A stretch of DNA of 64,000 nt from positions 62,250,001 to 62,314,000 of the forward strand of contig NC_045697.1 of assembly GCF_009834535.1 (NCBI RefSeq). The letters are read 5' to 3'. The notes beneath the pieces are model-generated. The model ran no database searches, was not told where the DNA came from, and saw only the letters and a program-made list of their open reading frames with translations. This DNA comes from Camelus ferus. Taxonomy: Eukaryota. The position numbers and the translations under genes were made by a program. Positions 48,690 to 60,666 of the stretch are shown here, piece after piece; position 1 is the first letter of the stretch, and every line of letters starts with the position of its first letter.

Positions 48690-48772
48690 ATATACGAAGC
48701 TGACCTTGTTCACATTGAAGATTAACCATATAGAACATATTACATACATTGGATTTTGTTAAATATCATGGT

Positions 48773-48778
48773 AATAAA
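48773..48778 (+). terminator. NOA1 polyadenylation signal
   Basis: First AATAAA after the stop, followed by a pyrimidine/T-rich tract. Confidence 0.7.
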
Positions 48779-49019
48779 GCTCCCCACCTCTTCCCCTCTC
48801 CTGTCCTTTTTAAACTACTCTGGACAGTGCTTCTCTTTAAAGTACTGAGTTTGTAAACACAAGTTACTTTTTTGTATGGTGCATATATGTGTGTGTCTGT
48901 GGCTCAAATATATCAAAAAAGGAGTTCTGCTACATTCAGTGTTCTCCCGCTACTATTTTTAACCAAGACCAGATGGCATTTCTTATTTGGAGTCTAGTTG
49001 AGAGAGCAACTTAGCAGTT

Positions 49020-49400
49020 GGCATATGAAAAAAGTGGCAGAAAATCAGTTTTTCCAAAATACATTGGCTTAAGTGAGATAGAAGTAAGTGGCTCTGCATC
49101 ATGTAGTCATCCCAGGACCCAACAGGGGGAGCACTCCACGGCTTCCATCTCTGGGTCTAAGGTGGTTGCTCAAGTTGTCATCTTTTTGCAGCAAGTGGAA
49201 AGAGAAGAGAGTGAAGAGCACACAGCTCCCCTATTTAAAAGAAAGGGGAAGCTGGAAGTTGCAGACATGACATTATCCATTGGTTAACAGTTACATGGCC
49301 ACACGCCCCCACTGGGAAGCCAGGGGAGTGGAGGGAAATAAGGATTTTGGATTTCTATTAAGAAGGGGAGAATAGATGATGGAGAACAATTAGAAGTTTA
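49020..49400. mobile_element. Old MaLR LTR (MLT1-like)
   Basis: ggaagttgca...ccattgg....agttacatggccacac motif; boundaries approximate. Confidence 0.55.
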
Positions 49401-49842
49401 CATTACATAATCTGAAAGTGCCTGCAAATCTTAAGACTAAAAAGGATTCAAGTTATATCTTCCTGAAATCTGAAGTCTATTCTCCAAGTATCAGAACACT
49501 AACCATTTTATCAACATTTGCCTGTAAACATGGTATAACATTACGTCAGTCAGAAATCTTTCCCTTTAGGTATTCCTAGTTGAGTAAGTAGTACTATAGC
49601 TCAGTACAGTGACCAACTGGTCAGTCAAGTCCCAGATCTCAACGTTGAGATAAATGCTTATAGAGTAAACTGGCCTGAAACACAGATCCAGGAGCTTCCT
49701 GTAGACTCAGGTTTAGCATGACCTTCTTGACAGTCCCATGTTCTCTATCACCGTATACACTCTAGCCTCACTCAGTCACTCATTCTAGAATAAATTAATT
49801 TTCAGATGCAACTTGTAAAAACTTTGTAGATCTCACTTCCAT

Positions 49843-50023
49843 CATGTTTCAAGGTGAACACTATTGGCATCTTGGGGGAGGTAGTTCTTTATGAGCATCC
49901 CTCATCCCCAAATACTCAATGCCAATAGCAACTCTCCTGCCCTTATTTGGAAAATTGGGAAGTATCCCAGATGTTTCCAAACCCACCCTCTAGAGGGCGG
50001 TAGCTTCTCAAGTTGAGAAAATT
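49843..50023. mobile_element. MER5B-like hAT element
   Basis: gtttcaaggtg..cactattggcat...aatgccaatagca...tttccaaac....cctctagagggcgg...gttgagaa. Confidence 0.62.
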
Positions 50024-52489
50024 GTTACTGGACTTGTAGGGTTTTTTTCTTATTTTACAGAGAATGAAATACAATTATTTTACAACTTAAAACTGTGAAC
50101 ATTATATTTGTATCCACTAAATACAGCTTGGAGCTTAGGCTTGAATCTTTAGATAAAATGAATAAAATACAGTAAACTTGGCATTTGAGGAGAAATACAG
50201 AACCCAAAAACTGATGCTGTCTCTACCCTGATAACTTATATGTATATTAGAAGGCAGAACAGTTCGCCTTCCTTATCTTATCCTTAAGCTTTTAGGCCTC
50301 TTGACTAGCAAAAAAAATTTTTTAATATTCATAATTTATAGTCGCAGTCGCTTTTACCTCTAAAATGTAATGTAATTAATTAAAGCTTGACTTTGGCATA
50401 TCTAAAAATGTTCCAAGGTATTTTGCTAGGAGTTTCAAACAGTGCAGTTTACTAAGTAAGTTTCAGTTTCCCTGGTTATATTAATGTCTTTGGGTTTTAA
50501 TTTTCTCATCTATAAAATGAGGGAATGACACTAGGTATTTCTCAGTCCTAACATTTTATGATTCTCAGCAAAAATTGGCAAGAAAGCCAGGAAAAGGGTG
50601 GTTACAGTACCTCAAACCAAAAAAGACCCTCTGTGCTTAGACAGTGGAGAACGGCCACTAGGATCTGCTATTAATTTACTCCACATTCTGCCAACCTAAT
50701 GCAGCCTAGGATCAATGCTGGTCTATCCAACTGGTCAATAGTGGGTTTTGCTGTAAGAAAGTTTTCTTACTGTGTTGGTTTCTGAACTTAAGTCAGTTTA
50801 TGGATGCTTCTTAATCCATTAACTTAGTTTGAAGACTGCCCTTGAGTCACTATCACTTACACTATGGCAGCATGCAGGAATTACTAAAGGGGAGAAATTA
50901 CTGGCAAACTGTCAGCACAGCCCCCTCATTGCCACAAAACAGGTTATTTTGAGGGGCTAGGAAACCATTAAGCAAATTTATACTAGTTAGTTTACTTCAG
51001 TCTGCCCCCTTGTATCGTTCAGCATGTCCTGATACCTTAAAAGGAGTAAAATATGTGCCATCAAAGGGCTTTTTGACTTCTATGTGAGATTAAATGCAGG
51101 GTTTTTTTAAGTTCCACCATCTCTTTTTTGCCCTCTTTAAAACAGCAGCATGTTCTTCAGTTACCAAGACAAAGTAAAGTTTAACACATTCTATATTTTT
51201 AATCACCATAAACAGCAAGCCCTGCCAATCAATAGAACTTTAATGTGTGGTTCCCCATAGTCTAAAATTATGTTACTCGTGACACTTCCCATGATAACCA
51301 AGAAGTGGAGTACAGATGCAATCATGTGTGCTTATGTTTCTTGATCATTCAGACACTTCTTGCAAAATGGAGATCAAGGTGAGTTTCCTACAGATGACTA
51401 ACTCGGAGCTCCAGCTGTGCCAGACATGGCAGAGTGGTTACTGCTCCACTGATTAGGCACCCAGCACTCAAGCTGAGGCGAGCTGTTTTGTAGAACAGCC
51501 TCTGATCATTTACCCTGGCTTCCCTCCCACTTGGCTCTGTCTCATGGAGCAATAGAATCATTTCCACTCTTTCTCAGACAGTTCCATTTTCTGTTGGCGG
51601 CTCTCCTTCTCCCAGGGGGATTGTTTTCTCTCAACTGTCAAAGAGTAATTCTTAAACAATAAAAACAAGACTTCAGACTCATGTGAATTGAATAGATAGC
51701 ACCTGCTTGCTCTTAACGTGTCTGTCATGTTGTCTGCCCATTGATGGCCTGTAGTGGCTGGGGAACAGCTGAAGGTTAATATTTCAACACCATGTTGGAA
51801 TAATGCCTCACTTTTTCCCTTCATGTCAAAGACCATCCATCAATAGTCTCTCATTTAGTACAAGAGTTTCATGATCTGAACACTCCTAAGTCTACAGCAT
51901 ATTTAATACACCTATGGCTTGGACCTCAGGTTCCTGTTTTTCAGAAGCTTCCTTTGGGTTATTGGATAATTCTCAGAATTCACCTTCTGAGTAATCAACC
52001 TAATGGAAGAATTTCATTTGTCTTAGTATTCTCACTGGTAGGTGCAATAGGTATGATATTAATCACAGACACCATCAGTATCTCTGATGTAGTGTTGGTA
52101 AATTTGAGAAAACTGAGGCCACACACTCAAAAAAGACACATGTGCTAACGACCACATCATCAGGTGATTTTGGAAGTAAGAGACTGCCAAGATCCCTCTA
52201 GCTTTTCAGTAAGTGCCTGGAAAATAGCAGGTAATCACTGCATGAGTGAATGAATTCGGAGAACAAGGGCACTTTTTTGGTTGGTTGGTTTTTGCCTTCC
52301 CTGAGAAACAGCAACAGAGCAGACTTAAATTTGCTTAGGAGCACTGACACTTTTCTAGAGTTTCTTCCTTTCCTGCCTAAAAGCAAGTATCTCAGGATAA
52401 TTGTATTTCAGACTATTCATGGCTGCTGTAATCCTATGCCAGCCCATATACCTTCTTTTTTATTCCTTTATATTCTTATAATAATAGTA

Positions 52490-52675
52490 ACTAGCCCTTA
52501 TTTTGCAGGTACAACAAGCTGGGCACTGTTTTAAGCACTTAACATGTATTAACTGAATCCTTAGAATAACCCCATGCAGGAGGTATGTACTATTAACCTG
52601 CATTTAGAGTTGAGGACGCTGAGGCACAAGTAACTTGTGCATTCACACAACTAATGAGCGACAGAGCTTGATTCA
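52490..52675 (-). mobile_element. MIR SINE remnant
   Basis: gcactgttttaagcactt...gaggacgctgaggcaca..taacttg...gattcaaac. Confidence 0.65.
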
Positions 52676-54024
52676 AACAAACACAAACCCCAACACCCTG
52701 TGGATTTGTTTAATTATACAGTAAAACTGACTCTTTTCTTTTCAATTTTTTATGGGTTTTAACATACATATAGGTTCATTTAATAACCACCATAATCACA
52801 ATACAAAACAGTTCCACCAGCACCCAGGTTTTCAACCACCAAACAATACTTCCTCTGTATACTAGAGCCCCTCACAAGTCTAAAGGAAGGAACTATTCAG
52901 CCTTATGAGGGAAATGTATTATTTCAGAAAAGAAAGGCAACCCACTTTGAAGACCTCCAAAGGTAATGACACAATGCCCTTGGAAACACTGTTACTGCCT
53001 CTTAATTCCCTTTCTAGCTTCCTTTGAATCCTCCCATATACAATTCCACCCTGAGAATATTTCTCAAAGCCAGTATGTGCGTGCATGCGTGCGTGTGTAT
53101 CTGATGTGCTACACCCTTGCTGTCTTACTCCAGCAATGCTGCCTAAACCTAAACTGGGGTCCCACAGTAATTTCCATGTTGTCTTACCGTCTTAGGTAGC
53201 TTTAAATCAAATAAGCCTGCTTTCATGGCCAGCTGGGAGTCTTTTCACATCGCTGGTGAGCTTTGCCAAGTAACATGGACAGATAACAGCATGATCACAA
53301 AATTCTGATTAAGAAAATAGGAAATTACATACACAGTAAATTTGAAATGCAAACATCCAAAGAATTACACCACTAAACTATCCTAAAATAGAACTGTGAT
53401 TTAAAATCCTTGCCCTATTTTAGTATACGGGAGAACTGGAGGTCCCTATTTATTCACAAATTGGATAGCTCCAAAAACCAAATCTGGCCCTCAATTTGTT
53501 TAAATGGCTTGTCTTTTCTACTCGTGTAGGACTCATCCTGTTTCCTGTTCCTTTTCACATTTTACTTTCACTAAAATGGGATCCTGGTTGCCCATTTAAA
53601 AGCTTTTTAATAATCTCCAGTTTTCCTCAGCATTTAACATCTGGCCTAAAAAGACTTCTCTTTTTCCTGTCTTTGACTTTAAACTATGGTTAAATATTCA
53701 ATAGGAAGGAAATTAGAGAAATGGACACTACTTTCCCTAAAATACCAGATAGAAGGTATATTTAATTGAAACACTAGCTAAAGAAAATATCTTTTTCCGT
53801 GCACAAGTAAGGCTTGTTAGGGAAAGGGAATTTGAGGAATGTGTTGAAGATTTGCAGCATGGCAGCAGGGATGAGGCTGTTCAACAAAGGAAAACAATGC
53901 TTAATGGTCCCTGCACGCACGAACTCCCCTGTTCAGCATGGCTTCAGTCTCTTCTAGGTGTAGTTGCTCGTTTGTTAAATGCTTCTTTTTAACTAGATTG
54001 AGGGCTTAATTAGGTTTGTAGCCA

Positions 54025-54445
54025 CATCTATTGCTGAGTAACCACCCCAAAACTTAGTGACTTGAGCTTTCATTTGCTCCCATTCTTTAGTTTGGTAGTT
54101 TGATCTAGGGGTTCTTCTGCTCAATGGGGATATGCATTTGCAGACCTCACTCCATGTCAGGAGCTTCATCTGGGATGGTTCTTAGAGCTGGGAAACCTGG
54201 GCCTGTTTCCATGGGTCACTCTCACCTATTATCTCCTCCTAAAAGTAGGCCAGTTCAGGCTTGTTCACAAGGTGATCATGCTCAGAAAGAGCATGAGAGT
54301 AGACGCTGCAAGGCCTCTGGAGGCTGGAGCTCAGAAATCACGCGTCACTGCTGCACTGTATTGGTCAAAGCAAGTCACAACAGCAGCACACATTCAAGCT
54401 GACTGAAGGGCTGCAAAGAATCTGTGGCCACTTTTGTCTACCACA
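54025..54445. mobile_element. MaLR LTR (MLT1-like)
   Basis: tctattgctg..taaccaccccaaaacttagtg...attggtcaaagcaagtcaca...ctgcaaagaatctgtggcca...ctaccaca. Confidence 0.72.
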
Positions 54446-57149
54446 AGGTCTCAGCATGTTCATCACCTTGAGGAAGATGCAGTATAATATGCCTTGTGTT
54501 CTGACCTATATGAAGAGACTCCACTGTCAATTTATCAAATGAGAAATTTGATGCTGACTTCAATTTACCTCAGGAGTCAGATACATGTAGTAGCTACGTG
54601 ACTGATGAAACAAGGGAGCATGAGGCTGTTGAATTTTATCATACATCTTTTAGGAACGGTTTGTTTTTCACTGTGCATGTCTTACATTCATAAATTTAAA
54701 GAGAGAAAAAGCCCATTCAGATACAAATCTAGGCTATCTCCCCTCCTAACCAACCAACCCTCAAGGAGCACTTACACTAGCAGAAAGCTACGTTGGGAAG
54801 TCAGTTATCTGCATGGTCTTGTTAAAGAAGGTAGTGCGAACACAGATGTGAAGGACTTTAACATCCCTAAATAGCATCCTATCACTCTCCAAGGAGAAAG
54901 GAGGTTTTAGACAGAATCCAAGCTGATGACCCTGAGGCCCTACAAACCCTTTTCCTGATTCTCCAAACAAGGAGAGGGATGGAGTGACATGGGGTGGAAA
55001 AGTCCCTCTCCTCACATTGGCCACCTACCAGCATTTCTCCATCTCTAATGCCAAACAAGCAGACAGAAACCCACGTGGGCACATTTGTTGCTCTTACCAC
55101 TTCCTGCTGTCTAGAGTGGACGGCTTGTTGCTGTGTGTCTCCACCACTCCCAAAGGCTTCTGGGAGACCGGGTGACAGGTACCTGTTGCCAAGTGTCTGG
55201 AACTTGAGTGATAGTCTAGTAAATGGATCAGATGGGACAAATATCAGGGTGTACAATACAGCAGGCTCATAGGGCCCAAGAACCAAGGATGTTTTAACAT
55301 AAATCCAGCTCTTAACTTTAAATGATGATATAGGTTCTGATGTTTTTAAATAGCTACCCACATAATGAATATTGTGGTGTATCTAAAAATGCCACTTATG
55401 CTTTATCTCAGAACCAGGCATAAGTGGAATCAGGGAACAACTGGTTTACACTAGTTTTCTTTCACCTCAAAAAGGTAAAATTAAACTGACTGCTGCTGGT
55501 AAGCTTCTTATGGTCTTTAGTAAATATAAACTAGCTAGATGTTATCATATAGAGGGGAGCCTGTTTAAAGAGTGCCCTCTATTTCGTGTTAATATAATTA
55601 ATACATTAACATTAGGCTGAAATGCCTTTGACTACCATCCTGATTGCTCCTTGTATTTATTACAGCACCTATTTCCCCACATAACATTCTTCACTTACTC
55701 TAAAAGGCACTGTGATGCAGACCTGCCACTTCTACTTGTGTGACATCTGTAGGAAGCAAAGTGGGAATAACAACCTACTTAGGGATGTTGACAGGATTAA
55801 GCGTTAATGTGATGTGCTTAGAAGAGTGCCTGGTACTTACAAAAGGATTTCTAATTGAATGTCCTATGCTTGTTACTGGACAAACTTGCCTGTCTTATTC
55901 GCAGTATCTTTAAGCCGTGCTTTATTTCATCAGAAACATCTGTGTTCTTCCATGCAAATAAAACTCCTGCTGGACTCCCCACAATGATCCACCAGACATG
56001 CCTAATTCCAGCAACTGTTGTAGCTCATACTCAAGCAGGGACCTCTGTCTCATTACATTGCAGTTCCTTAACATACCATCATATGGATAATTCATTCTCC
56101 TCAGTAATGTTAGCTGAGTGCCAAGGGGCTATTCCCTTCCACACCAATGGTGAATGTTAAATGAGCATGTTGTACATCATTTAAGCAACACTAAATTAAA
56201 CACCTTGTATATACACATCTTCTATGTCAAAAAAAAAAAAAACCTTCAACATAAAGAGTGCAAGACTTGATTACTACAGCAAATCTGAAAGAAGTTCTCT
56301 CTTAAAAACATAAGCATAAACATAACTTTTGTGTAAGGTATTATTATGGGTCCCCTGAACAACTCACTTCACACGGTGTCCACTCTCAAGTAACTTTCAG
56401 AGTGTTAACCACTTTTGGCAATAATTAAAGTGATTAAACCAGATACATCCACACAATGAAACATTATGCAATAGTTATAAAGAATGAGAAAGGTCCTAAA
56501 TACTGACAAAGATCTCTAAATTCTACTCATTGCAGAATATCAATAATTCCAGTTATGTAAAAAGCATAGAAACCAAGCATTTCAATATGCATACACATAT
56601 GGAGGTAAAGAGTTAATAGTAAGCCATTAATACTAGTTAATTCTGAAACAAATGAAAGTAAGATTAGTAGGGAGAGCTAGTCAAAATAGATTTTAACTTG
56701 TGTGAATTTCCTGAGTATGTAGTTGTGCCTGCATTATGTGATCTTCAAAAAGTAATTAGAGTATACAAAAAAGAAAGGTGTGAAGTTTTCAAAATCAATA
56801 TAAAAATTAGAATATTGTTCTCTAAAATTGTCCCTTCTGGAGGTAGAATCTTAACCACTGGTAAATTTCCACAATTTAACCCTTAAGACATTCAATCAAG
56901 CTGTCATAAATTTTATAGTACTCTTAAGAGATAAGCAGGGAGAAATGATATATCTGAGTTTCAACTATTCAGTGTAAGAGTCTCTCTGAGTCTCATTTAG
57001 GGAATTTGAAAGGGCACTCCCCATTGGCTGAATAGAGGTAAAATGAATGAATGTCAGACAACACATGAAACAAGAACTTGGGTCTATGCAGAAAAGGTAA
57101 AGAAAGCTCTTCTTGACAGAGAATATCAGTTAAGGTAAGATATAACCGA

Positions 57150-57845
57150 TTCAAGCAAAAATCAATAGATGCTAAAATCACTGGGTTTGTTGAAAAGACA
57201 GAGTTTCACTATATCATCCCAGAGAATATTAATTACAAAAGGAAATAATAACTTCAGCAAAGAAATCTGGTAGACAAAATAGTACAAGTTAACACAATGT
57301 AATGCACCACTACTAGTATTCTTGCCAAGATGTACAACTTGAATTGAAGCATGAGAAAACAATCAGAAAAATCCAAGTTAAGGAATGTTCTTCAAACAGC
57401 TGGCTGGAGTCTTCAAACTCTTAATGCTGTGAAGAAGAAAAACTAAGGAGTTGTTCCAAATTACAGGAAACTGAAGAGATGTGACAACTAAATGCAATGA
57501 GGGATTAGGAGCAGGAAGACTGTTAAAGGTTAGTATTAACAAATTTAGCACAACCTGAACTTAAGATTGTATATTAAGGTCTACATCAATCTTTAATCCT
57601 GAATTTGATCATGATAGTGTGATTGTAGAAGAGAATGCACTTATCCTTAGGAAATGCAAATTGAAGTTTTCAGAGATGAAGGGGTATTCCTGTAACTTAA
57701 TTTCTGGGGGTCCACCATATAACACATACATAATACATAGAAAGCAAATATGAATGGTGGATCCAAATAAGGGGTACATAACATTTCAGGGTACCACTCC
57801 TGCAACTCCTCTGTAAGTTTGAACCTTTCTTAAAATAAAAGTTTC
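57150..57845 (+). mobile_element. Old L1 (L1MC/ME-like) 3' region
   Basis: aacttgaattgaagcatgagaaaacaatcaga...ctgtaagtttgaa...aaaataaaagtt. Confidence 0.65.
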
Positions 57846-59791
57846 TTAACGAAATCTCTTTCTCAAGACTTGCTATTTTTCCTGCTACTTAGGTGAACTC
57901 TCCTTGCCTTGTTAATTCATCCAAATATCCAAGTTTATGAACCAAGATTTCTGCATTACCAGAATTTTAAAATTACAGTAAAACTACCATTGTATATTAA
58001 TTAATTGAAATCAAGAAGAAACACACACAAAGAAAGATACCACAAACAGAATTCTTGGCCTGGGCAATTAACAACTATTTGCCCCACTGTGGGCCAGATA
58101 CTCTTCTAGGTGCGTTGAGTGAAGCAGTGAACACAAGATGGAGATTATAATACCGTTTGACACAAAAGCCTACATGTACTTTTAACATTAGAAGCTCACT
58201 ATTTTGCAAGACATGCAAGACAACAGGTAAATTATACAACTTAATCGTGCCAAATAGAGGAAATATTTTAAATATTTAATATTTATTTGGTTTGTTATCT
58301 AGAGGAAAAGTAAGGTCTTACTACTGAAACTACATGACAAGCACTAGGCTAAGTGCTCAAAATCACTTAACGCTCAAAGCCACTCTATGGATTGATGTAA
58401 CATATATCCCCATTTTCTGAAGAAACAGGTTTAATAAAGTTAAAAATGAATTTCCCAACTATAGTAGTAAGGAAGAGAGGTCCATAGTGAACCCAGTTCT
58501 AACTGCAAGGGCCACAAAGCTCCTCATACACCCCAGCATTAAAAATCTTTAAAAAGGCAATTTTGTAATTCTGAAACTTCCCCTGATTACCAAATATTAG
58601 AATATTGTTCTTACCATCCTCACCAACCTCCCTTTATGGAGCTGAGGATGAGAGCTGTGAAGTACCCAAGTGGGGAGCTCACACTATTATACTGTTACTC
58701 TGCCTACAAACCAGGGTCAAGCCCTGACTTAGGCCTTTGGGAGAATACCTGGATGGCCAACAGGTTAAGCGCAAATGTACGATATATGTAAAAATCTTAA
58801 CAGGGTGAGCCTCTGAGAAAGGAGTAGCAAGGAGCTGGATAAACACACTTGTAACCATTCTTTCTTTCATTAAATGTAACAAAGTCACACATCAATAACA
58901 TTTATATAATTATGATAAATTCCCCATATATCCTCTGTCAGACAGAAATTTTCATACTTCTTTCATTGATTCTACCATGCAAATAAAATAAATGGTTGGA
59001 AATTCATTTTGCTTTGTTCCTGAAAGGAAGTCTTGCAGGAGGGGAAAGAGGGCTAATCACTCACCAGTTCAACAAGAAATACTCATTTTTTTCCTGACTC
59101 TTGATCTTCCAGGTCACCTGCTGCATCAGGACAGAATGTGATCCACTTGTTTTGATGCTTTGCATAGCTGAAGAGGTTTTTCCAACTCCCTCTCCCTGTT
59201 CTCTCAACTCCAGAGAAAAGCAAAAGCTTTTAACATATAACTCAACTACTTACTTCCATTAACAAAAGAAGCAGAACCTTGTTAAGAATATGGATTACCA
59301 CTTACTCTTGGGTTTCATTTTCTTCTGAGTTACATTAAATACAGTAAAATCCTTAAAACAGTGCCCTGACGTTCAGTGAACATTCAATGTAGCTCAACTT
59401 ATTTTTCCTTCAATGCATCTTTTTTCCAATTATGAGTCAAAATTTACTAACATCAGTCCTGCTGAGACTGGACATGTATATTAAAAATGTTAAGGGAGCC
59501 TATGGTTGGGAAAAAATTACTACATAAAATCTCATGAATTGTCTGCAGGTTGTTTCTCCCCTACCTTCCCCTTCACCTCCCAGAAACCAGATTATAGGAA
59601 GATAGGCTTTGGTCTACTACCCACTGCATCATTTTCATCCAAATATTTCCACAGCCTTTTTACCTACTGTGGATTATTTGGGGAAAAGATTTTGAAAATT
59701 ATTAATACACCTCCAATTCCAGCCAAATAAATGATTTCCTCGATACTTGATGTCTCAATAACAAACAAAGGCATAAAATGCTTTTTAAAAC

Positions 59792-59797
59792 TTTATT
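59792..59797 (-). terminator. REST distal polyadenylation signal
   Basis: tttatt on + (AATAAA on -); CTTTGTTTGT GT-rich element at 59761-59770. Confidence 0.7.
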
Positions 59798-60610
59798 TCA
59801 ACATTAACTATGCTTACAAAAATCCACTCATGTTCGTTAACAGAATGCAATTTAAGTTTAACTTATCCTACATAATTTGGACCAAAAACTTGGTATATGA
59901 TTTGCTTTAAAAAAAAATCTGCAATCTGGTTTATTTTTCATCTATTACAAATGTATATAAAAGATCCTCCATCAAATGCTGCTAAAGCAAACAACAAGAA
60001 CCTTGAGAAATTAACCTTTGGTTTGTCTCTGAAAAATAACACATATTGCACTGTAAAAGTTTATAAAATTGGTGCAACAAAACATTGTTGTAATGTTTCA
60101 ATGCCAGCTTACAAAGTTCAATAACTAATGGATGTTGACAAAGGTGGGGAGAGCCTACGTATATATGGGAAAATGTAAAAGCTATCTGATCTAGTTAATA
60201 TTGCATGTAGATCCCAAATCTACTCAAACCAAGATTCAGATAATTTCTTAAATCTGTAATACTATCAGTCCAATTTATCTGCTGAAGTCAACAAGGAAAC
60301 TCTGCAAAGTAGTTATTTTTCTGATTTGTGCAAAAAAGAAAATTAAATTTCTTCCCCAGTTTTTAGTCCAGAACTACAAGTATTTTTTCCATTGTCAGCA
60401 TTCATGGGGTGACAGACAATGAGGTCCACTTCAATTTGTATTAGCACTCATATGCAAAACAGTCCCCAAAGTTAAAGGCCTCATGACTTAAAAATGACTC
60501 TAAAAAAATAAAATGGCCCTTCTTGCAAGACTAGAGAAAAAACATCCAGCCATACTTGTAAGAAACCTTAACAAAAAATGCAGCCCTTTGTGAATTACAC
60601 CTCAATTTAC

Positions 60611-60666
60611 AAAAAAAGAAAAAGAAAGAAAGAAAGAAAGAAAGAAAGAGAAAGAAAAGAAAAAAG
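60611..60666. repeat. (GAAA)n/A-rich simple repeat in REST 3'UTR
   Basis: aaaaaaagaaaaagaaagaaagaaag... (U/C-rich tract in the mRNA). Confidence 0.9.

Noticed and set aside
54124..56160. Several 60-159 aa ORFs in the NOA1-REST intergenic region
   Set aside because: No recognisable homology or exon chain; partly LTR-derived; lengths are compatible with chance.
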